Positions 41,678-51,480 of a stretch of DNA of 64,000 bases are shown piece after piece. The DNA comes from an uncultured Acidimicrobiaceae bacterium. Its GTDB lineage: Bacteria > Actinomycetota > Acidimicrobiia > Acidimicrobiales > RAAP-2. The notes under the pieces are model-generated. The model was not told the origin of the DNA and searched no databases. It worked only from the letters and a program-made list of their open reading frames with translations. Where the stretch lies: NCBI GenBank assembly GCA_963699345.1, contig CAVOTL010000007.1, forward strand, positions 389,352-453,351, given 5' to 3'. Made by a program: the position numbers and the translations under genes. Positions within the stretch are counted from its first letter, which is position 1. Each line of letters opens with the position of its first letter.

Positions 41678-42488
41678 TCAGAGGGCCAGCCAGGTGACGA
41701 CGAAACCCGAGGTCCGACGGTCACGGCGGAGGGTACGGCCAGGGTCAGGGCGGCCTTCTTGGTGGTCATCGTGATCGGCTCGGGGGCGGGCCCACGTCGG
41801 CGATCGTCGACGGCGTCGACACTGACGCGTCGGTGAAGGTCACCGAGCCGAAATCGGCAAGGGGGCCGGGCTTGCACTTGCCGTTCTGGCAGGTGGACGG
41901 TGACTCGGCGATCCACTCGGCCGAGGCGTCCGGCTCGCCGTCGGGGTGTCCACCACGGTCGAATAGGTCCACTTCGAGCGCCTGGAGGTCCAGGGTGTAG
42001 GCGTTCCCGCTCACGTGCACCGAGGCGGTGAGCTGCTCACCCGGGCGTCACGGGGTACGAGCCGGTCGGTAGCACCACCAGGGCCGACCGGGTACAGCTC
42101 GTACCAGGCGTAGTACTCCGCCACGCCCGGGGACGTTCTTCGTCGCCTTCGTGCAGTCGGAGTCGGTGCCGATCTGCTCGACCGGTCGGATCGGACTTGG
42201 CGAAGCCGTCGAGGCCGACCCAGAACGCCGACTGTGACGCCTTGGTGGACGTGCAGGTGACCGCCGGCTGGCGCCAACTGCCCGACACGCTGGAGAAGCG
42301 AGTGCCCGGTGGCGACATAGCCCGCCCAGTCGAGGGAGTCGGTCGCGGAGGCGCCCTGGTTGCCCGGGTCGCTCCCGGCGGTGGCGCCGACCGGATGCGG
42401 ACCGGCTGACCGGCGGCCCGGCCGGTGTCCCGCCGAGCATGCACGCCAGCACCACGAGGACCCCCGCCACGGCGGAGACGGCCGCCAT
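41678..42488 (-). CDS. secreted peptidase A4/G1 (scytalidoglutamic peptidase-like) family protein; multiple apparent frameshifts
   Basis: Signal-like MAAVSAVAGVLVVLACMLGG. Then DWAGYVATGH, SVSGSWRQPAVTC, SAFWVGLDGF, VEQIGTD, YYAWYELYP, AEWIAESP. Rebuilt end is GFVVTWLAL*. Confidence 0.55.
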
Positions 42489-42528
42489 CGCGGCCTCGAC
42501 GGTCGGGCCTGCGACCCCCTGGCGGTGA

Positions 42529-43515
42529 TCACGATGTGGCGGCGCCCGTCCCGCCGGTGCCTCCCGAGCTCTGACTTCCCGCGCTCCCGTGATGGTGGCC
42601 GCCGCCGTGGTCGGCAGCTGTCCGTCGTGATCGTGGACGGATCCGTCGTCGACGTCGTCGAGGTCGTCCGGCGACGTGGTCGTGGTGGTCGTCGTGGTCG
42701 TGGTCGTGGTCGTCGATCCGGCGGAGCCGCCCTTGCAGCCGCCGCCACCGACACCCTGGTTGCCACCCCGGCTCGTCCCGCCGCCGGGGGGCACGGTCGT
42801 CGGCGGCGTCGTCGTGCGGTGGGTGCCACCCGCGGCGGGCCCGTTGGTCCGGGGGGGATGCGAGGGTCCCTTCGCCCGGAGCGGAGTGGCCCTGTCCGCG
42901 ACCCCGGAGCTCGCGCCCGCCGGCCTCGACACCGATCTCGAGGCGTCGGCGGTCGACGTCGACCGTTGCCCGGTCCGTCCGGGACGCCGCTGACGAGCCG
43001 ACTACGCACGAAGCGGTCTGGACCTCGCCGGCGCTGGCGGTCGAGCGACCCCCTCCGGTCGTGCAGGCCGCATGGGCCGAGCCGGCGGAGTGGAGGGCGG
43101 GGGCACTGACGTTCGGGTGACCCCGCGGCCGGATGCCGACGGCGACGCCGGCGGCGCCGGAGGGGCGACGTGCACGCCCACGCTGCCGAGGATGCCGTCG
43201 ACGGCCCGGGCAGCCGGACCCGGGCAGCCCGGTGGCGGCCGACAGTCCGGTGGTGGCGAGCAACAGGCTCGGCCATGGTCGTGGCCGCCACGACGGCCGG
43301 TGTCCGGCGCCCCGGAAGCGGCGGCGTCGACGGGCCAGGAGTCGACCGCGGACCGGAAGGCGGTCCGGGCGGCCAGCTCGCCCCGGAGCTCGTGGTCCTG
43401 GGCCGGGGCGCCGGCGGCGGCGAGGAGGTCGGCCAGACGGCTCCCTCGACGAGGTCGGGCATGCAGCACGACGTTGTCGACGGACGTCCGTCAGGTACTG
43501 GGTCGAGTCGATCAT
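42529..43515 (-). CDS. putative anti-sigma / membrane protein with long Pro-Gly-Thr low-complexity region; frames uncertain
   Basis: The ATG at 43515 overlaps the sigma-factor stop (ATGA). MIDSTQYLTD.., ..ELRGELAARTAFRSAV.. One hydrophobic span, then low complexity including poly-Thr. Confidence 0.35.
   Translation of the reverse strand: MIDSTQYLTDVRRQRRAACPTSSREPSGRPPRRRRRPGPGPRAPGRAGRPDRLPVRGRLLARRRRRFRGAGHRPSWRPRPWPSLLLATTGLSAATGLPGSGCPGRRRHPRQRGRARRPSGAAGVAVGIRPRGHPNVSAPALHSAGSAHAACTTGGGRSTASAGEVQTASCVVGSSAASRTDRATVDVDRRRLEIGVEAGGRELRGRGQGHSAPGEGTLASPPDQRARRGWHPPHDDAADDRAPRRRDEPGWQPGCRWRRLQGRLRRIDDHDHDHDDHHDHVAGRPRRRRRRIRPRSRRTAADHGGGHHHGSAGSQSSGGTGGTGAATS
42676..42714. repeat. GTC/GTG trinucleotide microsatellite (encodes a poly-Thr run on the minus strand)
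   Basis: gtggtcgtggtggtcgtcgtggtcgtggtcgtggtcgtcg, read directly. Confidence 0.85.
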
Positions 43516-44147
43516 CGGGTCCTCACGCATGGAGACGGTGACCTTCCGGAGTCGAGGCCGTCGTCGACGCCGACGGCCGCCAGTTCCTCGTCCCGGGTGA
43601 CGTCCGGCGACTGCTCCAACTCGAGCAGGCGTTGCTCGAGTCGGCGCAGGCCCCGGTGGCAGAGCACCCGCACCGACCCGGGCGAACGGTCCATGACCTG
43701 GGCGGTCCGGGTGACGTCCATGCCCGCCACGATCCGCAGCATCACCGCCTCGGCCTGGTCCGGCGGCAGCTCGGCGATCAGGGCGACGGCCCGGTCGGTG
43801 GCGGAGTGCTCGGCCGCCTCCTGCTCGACGTTGTTGACCGCCGGCATCACCACGAGACTGGAGTACTCGATGAGTTCGGGGCGACGCTCGCCATTGCGGT
43901 ACCAGTCGGTGAGTCGGTTGCGGGCCGTGGTGTAGAGCCATCCCCGGAAGCCCTGCTCGTCGCCCTCGAAGCTCGGCAGGGCGCGCAACACCCGCAGCCA
44001 GATGTCGGCGGCCAGGTCCTCGGCGACGGGGGCGGCCTTGATGCGGAGGTACCGGAGCAGGCCGGGCTGGAACTCGCGCCACAGCCGGGCGAACGCTTCT
44101 TCGTCCCCACCCTGTGCCGCCAGCACGGTCCCCCTGAAGTCCAACAT
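43512..44147 (-). CDS. ECF-type RNA polymerase sigma factor (sigma-70 family)
   Basis: Intact 211-aa ORF. Region 2 is FRGWLYTTARNRLTDWYR. Region 4 is LPPDQAEAVMLRIVAGMDVTRTAQVMDRSPGSVRVLCHRGLRRL. Confidence 0.9.
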   Translation of the reverse strand: MLDFRGTVLAAQGGDEEAFARLWREFQPGLLRYLRIKAAPVAEDLAADIWLRVLRALPSFEGDEQGFRGWLYTTARNRLTDWYRNGERRPELIEYSSLVVMPAVNNVEQEAAEHSATDRAVALIAELPPDQAEAVMLRIVAGMDVTRTAQVMDRSPGSVRVLCHRGLRRLEQRLLELEQSPDVTRDEELAAVGVDDGLDSGRSPSPCVRTR

Positions 44148-44228
44148 GTGACGCCACCCTGTCGTCCTGCGTCGGCTCTTCCCCTGCAGTGTTCATACAC
44201 CCGGCGAACAGCCGAGTCCAGCACAGGG

Positions 44229-44253
44229 AACCGTCGGATCGGGCCCGAGTTCA
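44229..44253 (-). promoter_or_regulatory. possible ECF-type autoregulated promoter (TGAACT-N16-GGTT)
   Basis: Minus strand reads aTGAACTcgggcccgatccgacGGTTcc, about 80 nt upstream of the sigma start. Pattern match only. Confidence 0.25.
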
Positions 44254-44292
44254 TCGACGAATTCCGAGGGTGTAACGTAAACGAGCTCTCCG

Positions 44293-44308
44293 TTCGTTGT
44301 ACAACGAA
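44293..44308. promoter_or_regulatory. perfect 16-bp palindrome TTCGTTGTACAACGAA
   Basis: Read directly. AT-richer than its surroundings. Lies between the stop of 44390..45025 and the sigma-factor promoter region. Confidence 0.5.
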
Positions 44309-44389
44309 GGAGGAGTTCGTCGACGCAGGTCGATCCCGGCCGTCCCGGCTCGGTGCTCCGGCGCCGAGCGCTCCGGAGTCCGACGTGGA

Positions 44390-45025
44390 TCACTCCGGAA
44401 GCGTGTAGGAGTTCTCGAACTCGTCCTGCAGGACGGTGGCGACCGTGGCGGTCGTGTCGACGACCAGCTCCTCCTCGAGCACCCGGGTGCGGTAGGACCA
44501 GCCCTCGGGCATGGCCAGGCGACCGCCCAGATCGGGCAGGACCGCCTCGGCCATCGTGGGATCCACGCCGAGGCAGAGGGCCTGCATCACGTACGCCCTC
44601 CCGTCGGGGGCGACGAACTCGTAGACGGGCTTGCCGGCATCGAAGAAGAACACGGCGCCCCGGTCCACGAGGACCTCGGTGTACGGCGCCGGGATCGCCC
44701 TGTCGCCGAGGTCGATGACGGCCAGGCGCCGCATCAGGAGACCGTTGAACTCGTGCAGCACCGGCTCGAGGGCGTTGACCTTGGTGCCCATGCCGTCGAT
44801 GGTCCACCGGCGCGGACCGTTGAGTTTGACGGCCACCGCCTCCATCTCCTTGGCGATGGCGTCGGCGTCCAGCCCGTCCCACAGGTCCTGGGGGCAGTCG
44901 TTGAGGAACTGGGTGCCGTAGACCTCGGCCTCGAACCGGCCGTCGCGGAGGAACGCGCAGATGACCTCGCCATAGCGGACACCACGGACGTCGGAGATGA
45001 GCCGAGGGGTATCGGTCGCTGTCAT
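44390..45025 (-). CDS. hypothetical protein (no family recognised), intact
   Basis: 211-aa ORF with normal amino-acid composition (MTATDTPRLISDVRGVRYGEVICAFLRDGRFEAEVYG..). Confidence 0.7.
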   Translation of the reverse strand: MTATDTPRLISDVRGVRYGEVICAFLRDGRFEAEVYGTQFLNDCPQDLWDGLDADAIAKEMEAVAVKLNGPRRWTIDGMGTKVNALEPVLHEFNGLLMRRLAVIDLGDRAIPAPYTEVLVDRGAVFFFDAGKPVYEFVAPDGRAYVMQALCLGVDPTMAEAVLPDLGGRLAMPEGWSYRTRVLEEELVVDTTATVATVLQDEFENSYTLPE

Positions 45026-45205
45026 CGGCCTGCCTTTCTGCCGTCGGATGATGAGGCCGACCGTGGATCGTCGGCCGGAATCGGGTGGTGCAGGAGACTC
45101 TAGTCATAGTTACTGACAGTTGTCGGGAGACGGGGGGCCGGCGTCGGGCCCCGGGCCGGAGGCGGATCGGCGCCCGGAGGCGGGGCGGCGGCCCGGGGCG
45201 GACAC

Positions 45206-46610
45206 TCACCTCGCGCCGTGCGCCTGACGCACCTGCTCGCGGTGAATCGGCACCGAGGTCGGGCTCCTGCCCGAACTCCGGCTGTTCGACGAACCGCCAT
45301 CCCGGGTCCTCGTCGGTCGGCCCGGTCCGGGAGAGTTGCCATCCCTCGAAGGTCTTCCGGCGGTGGTGGTGGTGACACAACAGCGCCAGGTTGTCGAGGC
45401 ACGTCGGGCCGCCCCTCTCCATCGCCACGACATGGTCGATCTCGAGGCCGTAGGCGACGGTGCACCCGGGCACGACGCAGTGCCGGTCACGCAGCCGCAG
45501 CGCGGTGCGCAGACGGGCGTTGATGGTCCTCCCGAAGTGGTGGACCGCGCGGATGTCGCCGGCCTCGACGAACACCGCGGCGAGCAGTCCGTCCTCGGCC
45601 AGGTGGCGGGCGATCGGGACAGGCACGGGACCTTGTCCGTCGATCTCGCACAGCTCACCCGGCCGCGCCCGACCCCTCCGGAGGGCGGCGAGGTCCACCC
45701 GGACGATCACCCTGGCTCTCGGCTCGCTCCGGACGGGTCGTCCGTCGAGTCCGGACCGTCGTGCGGCCGGCGCCGGTCGGGTCCCGGCTTGCATCCGACC
45801 GAGGCCTCGTCGATCCTCGGAACCGCGCTTCGTCGCCGTGCACAGCAGGAACAGCGCATCGATGCGTCGGGCGCCCCGGGAGTCGGGGGGTCGGTCGGGC
45901 ACGTCCGACCACCAGTGACCGGCGGGTCCCCCGCTCTGGGTCGCGGCCGAGACGGTCGGCGAGGCGTCCAGGCGGGCCAGGAGGAGGGCGCCCCGGTCGG
46001 CCGTGTCACGGCCCTGGAAGCAGAAGGCGCCCTCGGCATCGGTCCAGACTGGTGAACGTCCGCTCGGCATGGATTCGCCGATAGGTGGCCATCGGGTCCC
46101 GCCGCGACGAGGTGGCCCGGGAGCGCTGGCACCGTTCCTTCACGACGTGGAGGGGCTCGCTGTCCGCCCCGGCCGAGCAACGACGCCTCGGCTCCCGGGT
46201 CGAGGCTGGCCGCCTGGGTGATCTCGATCACCTTGGGGCCCGACAGTGTGCCCGACCGCAGGGCCTCCTCGGTTGCCGGCAGTGACTTCGAGCCGTTGTC
46301 CGGTCTCCAGGGTGCGACGCGCCTGACCCGCGGAGACCCCTTCCAGGGTGGCGAGCAGGCTGGCCGGGCTGCGATGGCCCTCGGACTCCCAGTGGCCGGA
46401 GGCGGCGACCCGGGGCGCCAGCAGGGTCTTGGCCGCCACGACGAGGCGCTCCAGCCGGGCGAAGGCACCGTAGAGCGAGGCCGCCTCGGAACCCAGGACC
46501 CGGTCGGGTTCGAGGTCGGCCACCAACGCGGCGAGCTGTCGGTCGACGACGTCGATCCGGGAGCACAGCCCCGGGTCGGCGGCGCCGGAGGCGGTGGTGG
46601 TCGGGGCCAT
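45206..46610 (-). pseudogene. DUF222-type HNH endonuclease (mycobacterial REP13E12-like family); split over three frames
   Basis: N-terminus LVADLEPDRVLGSEAASLYGAFARLERLVVAAKTLLAPRVA (ORF 46140..46610). HNH core CVVPGCTV..EIDHVVAMERGGPTCLDNLALLCHHHHRRKT (frame of 44193..46070). Confidence 0.75.
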
Positions 46611-46720
46611 GGTCCATGCTCGCAGGGGGGTGTGTCATCTACCGATCGACCGGACGGGGAGGAGCATTTGCCAGGGCGCAGGAACCACATGCGACCACCC
46701 GGGAAGGGAAGAATGGTGAT

Positions 46721-47680
46721 GTGGACGAATTCGTGGTGGCCCGGAACCCCGACGAGAACTCGGCCCTACCCTTCCTCGTCAAGGTCCCGCTCCGAGGCGA
46801 GGGCGTGGTGCTCAAGGTGCGCGAAGTCTGGCCCCGCACGGCCAAGGTCTACCGCCACCCCTCGACGGACTGGCCCGACGAGCCCGACGTGGTGGACCGC
46901 GTGCCGGTGCGTTCGTGCGTACGACGCGGAGCGTCGATCGACCTCGTCCTCGACCGGAGCCGCGAGAACCGGTCCCAGTTCGTCTTCACCCGGGCACGCG
47001 GTCGGGACGTCATCTTCTGGCAGAGCGCCCGGACCGCAAAGCAGGCCCGCCCGAACGTGGGCGTGCCCCGGCGGCGGGCATCGGGACTTGTCCTGGACAT
47101 CCTGGTCGACAGTCGTGAGCGGTACCCGTGGACGTTCGGGGGACAGCAGGCGACGACACGGGCGCGCCCCCTCCCTGCCGGAGACTACGCCGTAGCTGTC
47201 GACGGGGACGTCGTCTGTCCGTGGAGCGGAAGAGTCTCGCCGACCTGGCGACCACCATCTCCACTGGCAAACTCCGCTACCTGCTCGCCGGGCTGGACGA
47301 CGTGCCTCGATCGGCGGTGGTCGTCGAGGACCGGTACTCCTCTCTGTTCAAACTCACGCACGTCCGCGGTGCGGTGCTCGCCGAAGCGCTGGCTGGGCCC
47401 AGGTGGCCTACCCGACGGTGCCGGTGATCTTCTGCGAGACCCGCCCTCTGGCCCAGGAATGGGCCTACCGGTTCCTCGGGGCCGCGGTCGCCCATCACCT
47501 CGACGACACATCGGCGGCGGTGCTCGCCGACCAACTCCCACCGGGGGGCCCGTAGCTCCACCTCCTCCCACGGCCAGCGAGATCCGGGCATGGGCGGCGG
47601 TCAACGGGTTCGAGATCTCCGGACGTGGGCGGATCCCGAAGTCGGTCGTCGCCGCGTTCGAAGCGAGGGAGCGGTCATGA
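46721..47680 (+). CDS. three-part protein: conserved N-terminal domain + ERCC4-type nuclease domain + Pro-rich linker + Lsr2-like C-terminal DNA-binding domain; about three apparent frameshifts
   Basis: GTG 46721 follows GGGAAGGGAAG. ILVDSRERYPW..LPAGDYAV..VERKSLADL (ERCC4 GDY..ERK..D signature). IRAWAAVNGFEISGRGRIPKSVVAAFEA (Lsr2 C-domain RGRIP). One shift is at the G6 run 47543-47548. Confidence 0.65.
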   Translation: MDEFVVARNPDENSALPFLVKVPLRGEGVVLKVREVWPRTAKVYRHPSTDWPDEPDVVDRVPVRSCVRRGASIDLVLDRSRENRSQFVFTRARGRDVIFWQSARTAKQARPNVGVPRRRASGLVLDILVDSRERYPWTFGGQQATTRARPLPAGDYAVAVDGDVVCPWSGRVSPTWRPPSPLANSATCSPGWTTCLDRRWSSRTGTPLCSNSRTSAVRCSPKRWLGPGGLPDGAGDLLRDPPSGPGMGLPVPRGRGRPSPRRHIGGGARRPTPTGGPVAPPPPTASEIRAWAAVNGFEISGRGRIPKSVVAAFEARERS

Positions 47681-48081
47681 ACCACCGGGGTCAACGCGTG
47701 TGACACCGCGTCCCGCCGCCGGAAGCGTCGGGACGGTTACGGGAGCCAGCGGTAGTACTGGGTGATCGCGACCGCGACTTGACAGGTGGGGCTCCTTCAC
47801 TCCCGGTCTGAGATCTCGATCGCCACGAGTCGGCCACCAGCTCACCCACGAAGGCTGATGCCGGACCCGTGCCGCGGTTTGTCCGGTCTCCGCCAGGGAA
47901 CAACCGTCCCATGACGTGTCCTCCGGTCGCCAGCTCGTGTCGGGATCCTGTCGCCGTCGTCGAGGAGTGGCCCGGCGGCCGGACGGATCCGGCGTGACGA
48001 TCCAGCGAGGCGACTTCCCCGGGATGGGGGGAACCGGGATCGACGAGGGCACCGGGCCCGACGTGCTTCTGCTGCCTCCCG

Positions 48082-49149
48082 ATGTGGAGCTGGAGCCGGA
48101 GGGTGCCGGACCTTCGCTGGGCCCTCCGGGCGGCCGTTCGACCGCCGCACCCGTTCTTCGTCGGCCTGACCGGGGCCTCGGCGTGGCGGTGGCCTAGTCT
48201 TCTCCCGGGGCATCGCCGAGGTCACCAGCGTCCTCGTCATCATCGGTCTGGCCCTGTTCATCGCCATCGGTCTCAACCCGATCATCGACGTCCTCATGGG
48301 CGGTCGCTGGCCCGGGGGTGGCCGTGGCCATCGTCACCTTCGGCTTCGTGCTGGTCATCGGGGCTTCGTGCTGGCCGCCGTCCCGCCCATCTCCCATGAG
48401 GTGCACGGCCTCATCACCAACTTCCCCCGGTACAAGGCCAAGCTGGTGCGGGCAAGGGGTGGGCCGGGAAGCTGGCGGTCAAGCTGCACCTGACGGGCTA
48501 TCTGAAGGGAAAGTCGAAACTCAAGTTGCCGTGCCGGAGGCGTCTCTCGGGCGCGGGCAAGGTCATCCTCTCCGTGGGCGTGGCCACGGTGAGCCTGGTG
48601 GCGCTCACCATCTACTTCCTGATCGCCCTGCCCGGGGTGACGAAGCTGTGGCTGTCGCTCATCCCCCGCAGTCGACGGGAGCGGGTGGGACTCCTGACCG
48701 AGGAGGTCTTCGACCGGGTCGGCGGCTTCATGCTCGGCAATCTGCTCACGTCGCGTCATCTCGGCCGTCGGCACCTACATCTGGCTGCTGATCTTCGGTG
48801 TCCCGTACGCGCTGCTGCTGGCCCTGGTCGTGGCGCTTTTCGACCTCATCCCCATGGTGGGTTCGACCATCGCCGGGATCGTCGTGTCACTGGTGGCCCT
48901 GACCAAGGGCCTGCCGGTGGGCATGGCCACGGCCGCCTTCTACATGGTCTACCGATTCCTGGAGGACTACCTGTTGAATCCCCGGGTCATGAAGCACACG
49001 GTCAAGATCTCCCCGGACTGACCATCATCGCCACCCTCATCGGGGGCACGCTCCTCGGTCTGATGGGCGCACTGGTCGCCATCCCGGTGGCCGCCACCAT
49101 CCATCTGCTCCTGGAGGAGGTGGCCTTCCCCCGCCAGAACCAGCGTTGA
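48082..49149 (+). CDS. AI-2E family transporter (PerM/UPF0118); many apparent frameshifts; start uncertain
   Basis: LFDLIPMVGSTIAGIVVSLVAL..FYMVYRFLEDYLLNPRVM (ORF 48830..49021). TM segments lie in alternating frames. End is ..AIPVAATIHLLLEEVAFPRQNQR*. Confidence 0.6.
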
Positions 49150-49383
49150 CGTGCGACCCTCACCCCGTCGGATCCCGCAACCGCTGACGAATGGTGCCGA
49201 ACCTCACCCTCGCCGACCAGATCGGCCCGATTTTCGGACTGCCGACAGAGCCGGATCGACCTTGACCTCCGCGACTCTGCTTCTTGCCCACATCGCCGGC
49301 CCGGTCGAGTTCCAGGTCCAGGGAATCCGCGCCATCTACTGCACATGGCGACCGAGCGTGCGGCAGCTGAGGTACCCCCACAT

Positions 49384-49576
49384 CCGGATCGATGATGCGC
49401 TGGCCGCCCTCGAAGGCACCCGCTGAGGGAACCTCCGGACCGGTTGCAGTATTGGCTGATTGCACCGAATCGGAGGCTGTCGTACCAGCGAAGAATTGCA
49501 ATACATCCCAGCCTGAACTGGGGCTTCTCTGGTGGACCGTGCGGGACTCGAACCCACGATCCCAGGCGTGTCGTGA
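49384..49576 (+). repeat. left copy of an imperfect direct repeat shared with 55697-55846; includes a GNAT-gene 3' end remnant, a hairpin and the 3' half of a tRNA-Val(GAC) (49530-49576, minus sense)
   Basis: ccggatcgatgatgcgctggc.. and aattgcaa..cccagcctgaactgggg(c/t)ttctctggtgg(a/g)ccgtgcgggact(c/t)gaacccacga.. align with the intact tRNA locus. No 5' tRNA half is present. Confidence 0.8.
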
Positions 49577-49766
49577 ACCCAAGGCCCGTTCAGGGCGGGT
49601 CGCCGATCAATCCTTTGTTCCCCTGAACTGGCTTTCAGAAAGGTGCAGTTCACCATTGTTCAGCTCGATTCACCGGCGTTGCTGACACGGTTGCCGACCC
49701 GCGAGTAGCTCCAGATGGTCGAAATCAGGAGTCATTGCGCCGGCTCGGCAGACCGAGTGCCCGCAA

Positions 49767-50063
49767 TTATCTCCTGCCCCCAACGAATCCTCTTTGAGTC
49801 AAGAGGGGAATTTCGGGGCCTTCCGGGCGCGACGAGTTCGACGTGCCTTCGAAGGCACCGATGCCTAAGGTTTCGATGTCGGCAAGGGTCGTCCCGGACG
49901 CTTGAACGGCGGTCTTGATGCGCTTGTGCGACTCCTTCAACTGCACGTCGAGGCGCTTCACGTCGTCGAGGAGCTCGAGGGCAAGGTCGTAGCGGATCTG
50001 CTCCACCGGGCCGGTCGGATCGAACGTCCCGAGCAGTGCCACCGCGTCGACCTGCATTTCCAT
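49767..50063 (-). pseudogene. IS110-family transposase fragment (central/C-terminal part only)
   Basis: ..ALELLDDVKRLDVQLKESHKRIKTAVQASGTTLADIETLGIG.. matches the conserved IS110 region. No DEDD N-terminal domain. Downstream part is frameshifted. Confidence 0.5.
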
Positions 50064-50199
50064 CTGCCCGGGAGACCTTCGTTTGCGACATCTCCAGGGC
50101 GCTGTGCTTCAGGGTGCGTCTGAGCTAGCAGGGTCGAGACGTGCAATCGACGTGGGGGACCAACTGGCATCGTTCCTACAAAGCAGCGCTGCTCCGACG

Positions 50200-51354
50200 G
50201 ACAGGCTGCCAGATTGTAGGGAGTGTTTGGCACGGGCAGGATCCGATGGGTCAACCAGTGAACCCGCCATCCTTTGTGATGAGAAGGGTTGACCAACTTG
50301 GGCCGCTCGGTGGAAATGCGAGATCCCAGCACGTATTCCCGTCCAGGCAGCCCATCGCGGTCGGATCCATCTGCAATCCATCTGGCACTACAACTGAGTC
50401 GATGTCGACCCACCATCGAGAGAACGGAACACCTGGGACTCCCCACCGGCTCCGCATCCCGTCCCGCGAGGTGGCCCCCCATCCAGCAGATTCTTTGATT
50501 GGGGCACAGCAGTGCAGCGGCCGTTAGGCGCGCGTGGCAGGACCAGTGTGCGCCAGGTCACACCGCCGTCGTCAGTGCGATCCATGTAGGCCAGTGGAGT
50601 GCCGTTGGTCGCCACTGAGTAGCCGTAAGCTCAGCACACGCTGACATTCGCGGAGAAGATGGGCAGAAGGAGCTGGCGAGAAGTGAGGAAGTGGAGCTGA
50701 GATAACCCAGGATCGACCGAAGTCGTGAGTGACGAGGACGGACCTTCCGAGGGGCGCGGTTACAAGGCAATCTCCTGGTTGCGGGCAATCGATCCCCCGA
50801 TGGGATCTTTGCAGGTGTCGCGCGAATGGGCGCCGTTGTCCAGCTCGCCCCCATGTCGTCCGTTTGGAGGAGAACACCCCCAGGGATGGGCCTGTAGCGG
50901 TCCCGTATGCCACCGCGGCGCACCATCCGGACGACGTACAGGAGAATCGACCGAGGGTGGTCAGTCCGTCAGGCAGTCGCTCTCTGCGCCAACTTGATCG
51001 CCATCGCGAGTCGCGACCACACCTTCGAGCCCGTCGAAATTCGCGCTGCCAAGCAACGCAGGTCGTCGATGCAGACGGGCACCTGGATGCCAGACAGGCA
51101 ACTGGACGCTTCCCGACACAGGGCGACCGCGGATACCTTGGTAGAGATAGGGATCGGAGAACTTGGCGGTCACGACCCAGTGATACGCGGGCTGCGCGAC
51201 CGACAGAGTGGGAGCGATCATCGGCGGGCCCTGTCGGATCCACATGCTGAAGCACCACGAATCCGCCGACAATGACGGATAGAACTCCCAGAATCCCCAG
51301 CAACAGCCACCGACTCCAGATGGGGCCTACATCCGCAATTTCCTGCACGATCAC
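50200..51354 (-). pseudogene. membrane-anchored BNR/Asp-box repeat protein, multiply frameshifted
   Basis: N-terminal TM WLLLGILGVLSVIVGGFVVL. Asp-box motifs THDFGRSW, QTDDMGASW, RTDDGGVTW, SLDGGST, TKDGGFT are scattered over three frames. Confidence 0.5.
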
Positions 51355-51480
51355 GCGGCACGACTGTCGGGTTGGCTCCGACGCTCATGGCTGGGTCATC
51401 GGCACGTAGGGAGTCCTGCTGAACTTCACTTGCAGCGCGCCGCCCCTATCACCGGGTCGGTGGGATAGCCACCAGCGGCG

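Noticed and set aside
42011-43462. 483-aa Pro/Arg-rich minus-strand ORF, considered as a single large protein
   Set aside because: Only short pieces (DWAGYVATGH.., YYAWYELYP) make sense, and they belong to the peptidase-A4-like gene read across frameshifts. The remainder is out-of-frame low-complexity sequence.
47680-48080. Possible small gene or ncRNA in the ~400-bp gap before the AI-2E transporter, including an AAGGAG on the minus strand near 47800
   Set aside because: No start codon sits at a sensible distance from the SD-like string. The ORFs there are Arg/Pro-rich, and part of the gap may simply be the unresolved 5' end of the frameshifted transporter gene.
49530-49605. Possible second complete tRNA-Val gene
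   Set aside because: Only the T arm, the acceptor 3' strand and part of the anticodon stem are present. No matching 5' acceptor strand (GGACCGT) or D arm exists upstream, so it is a 3' fragment.
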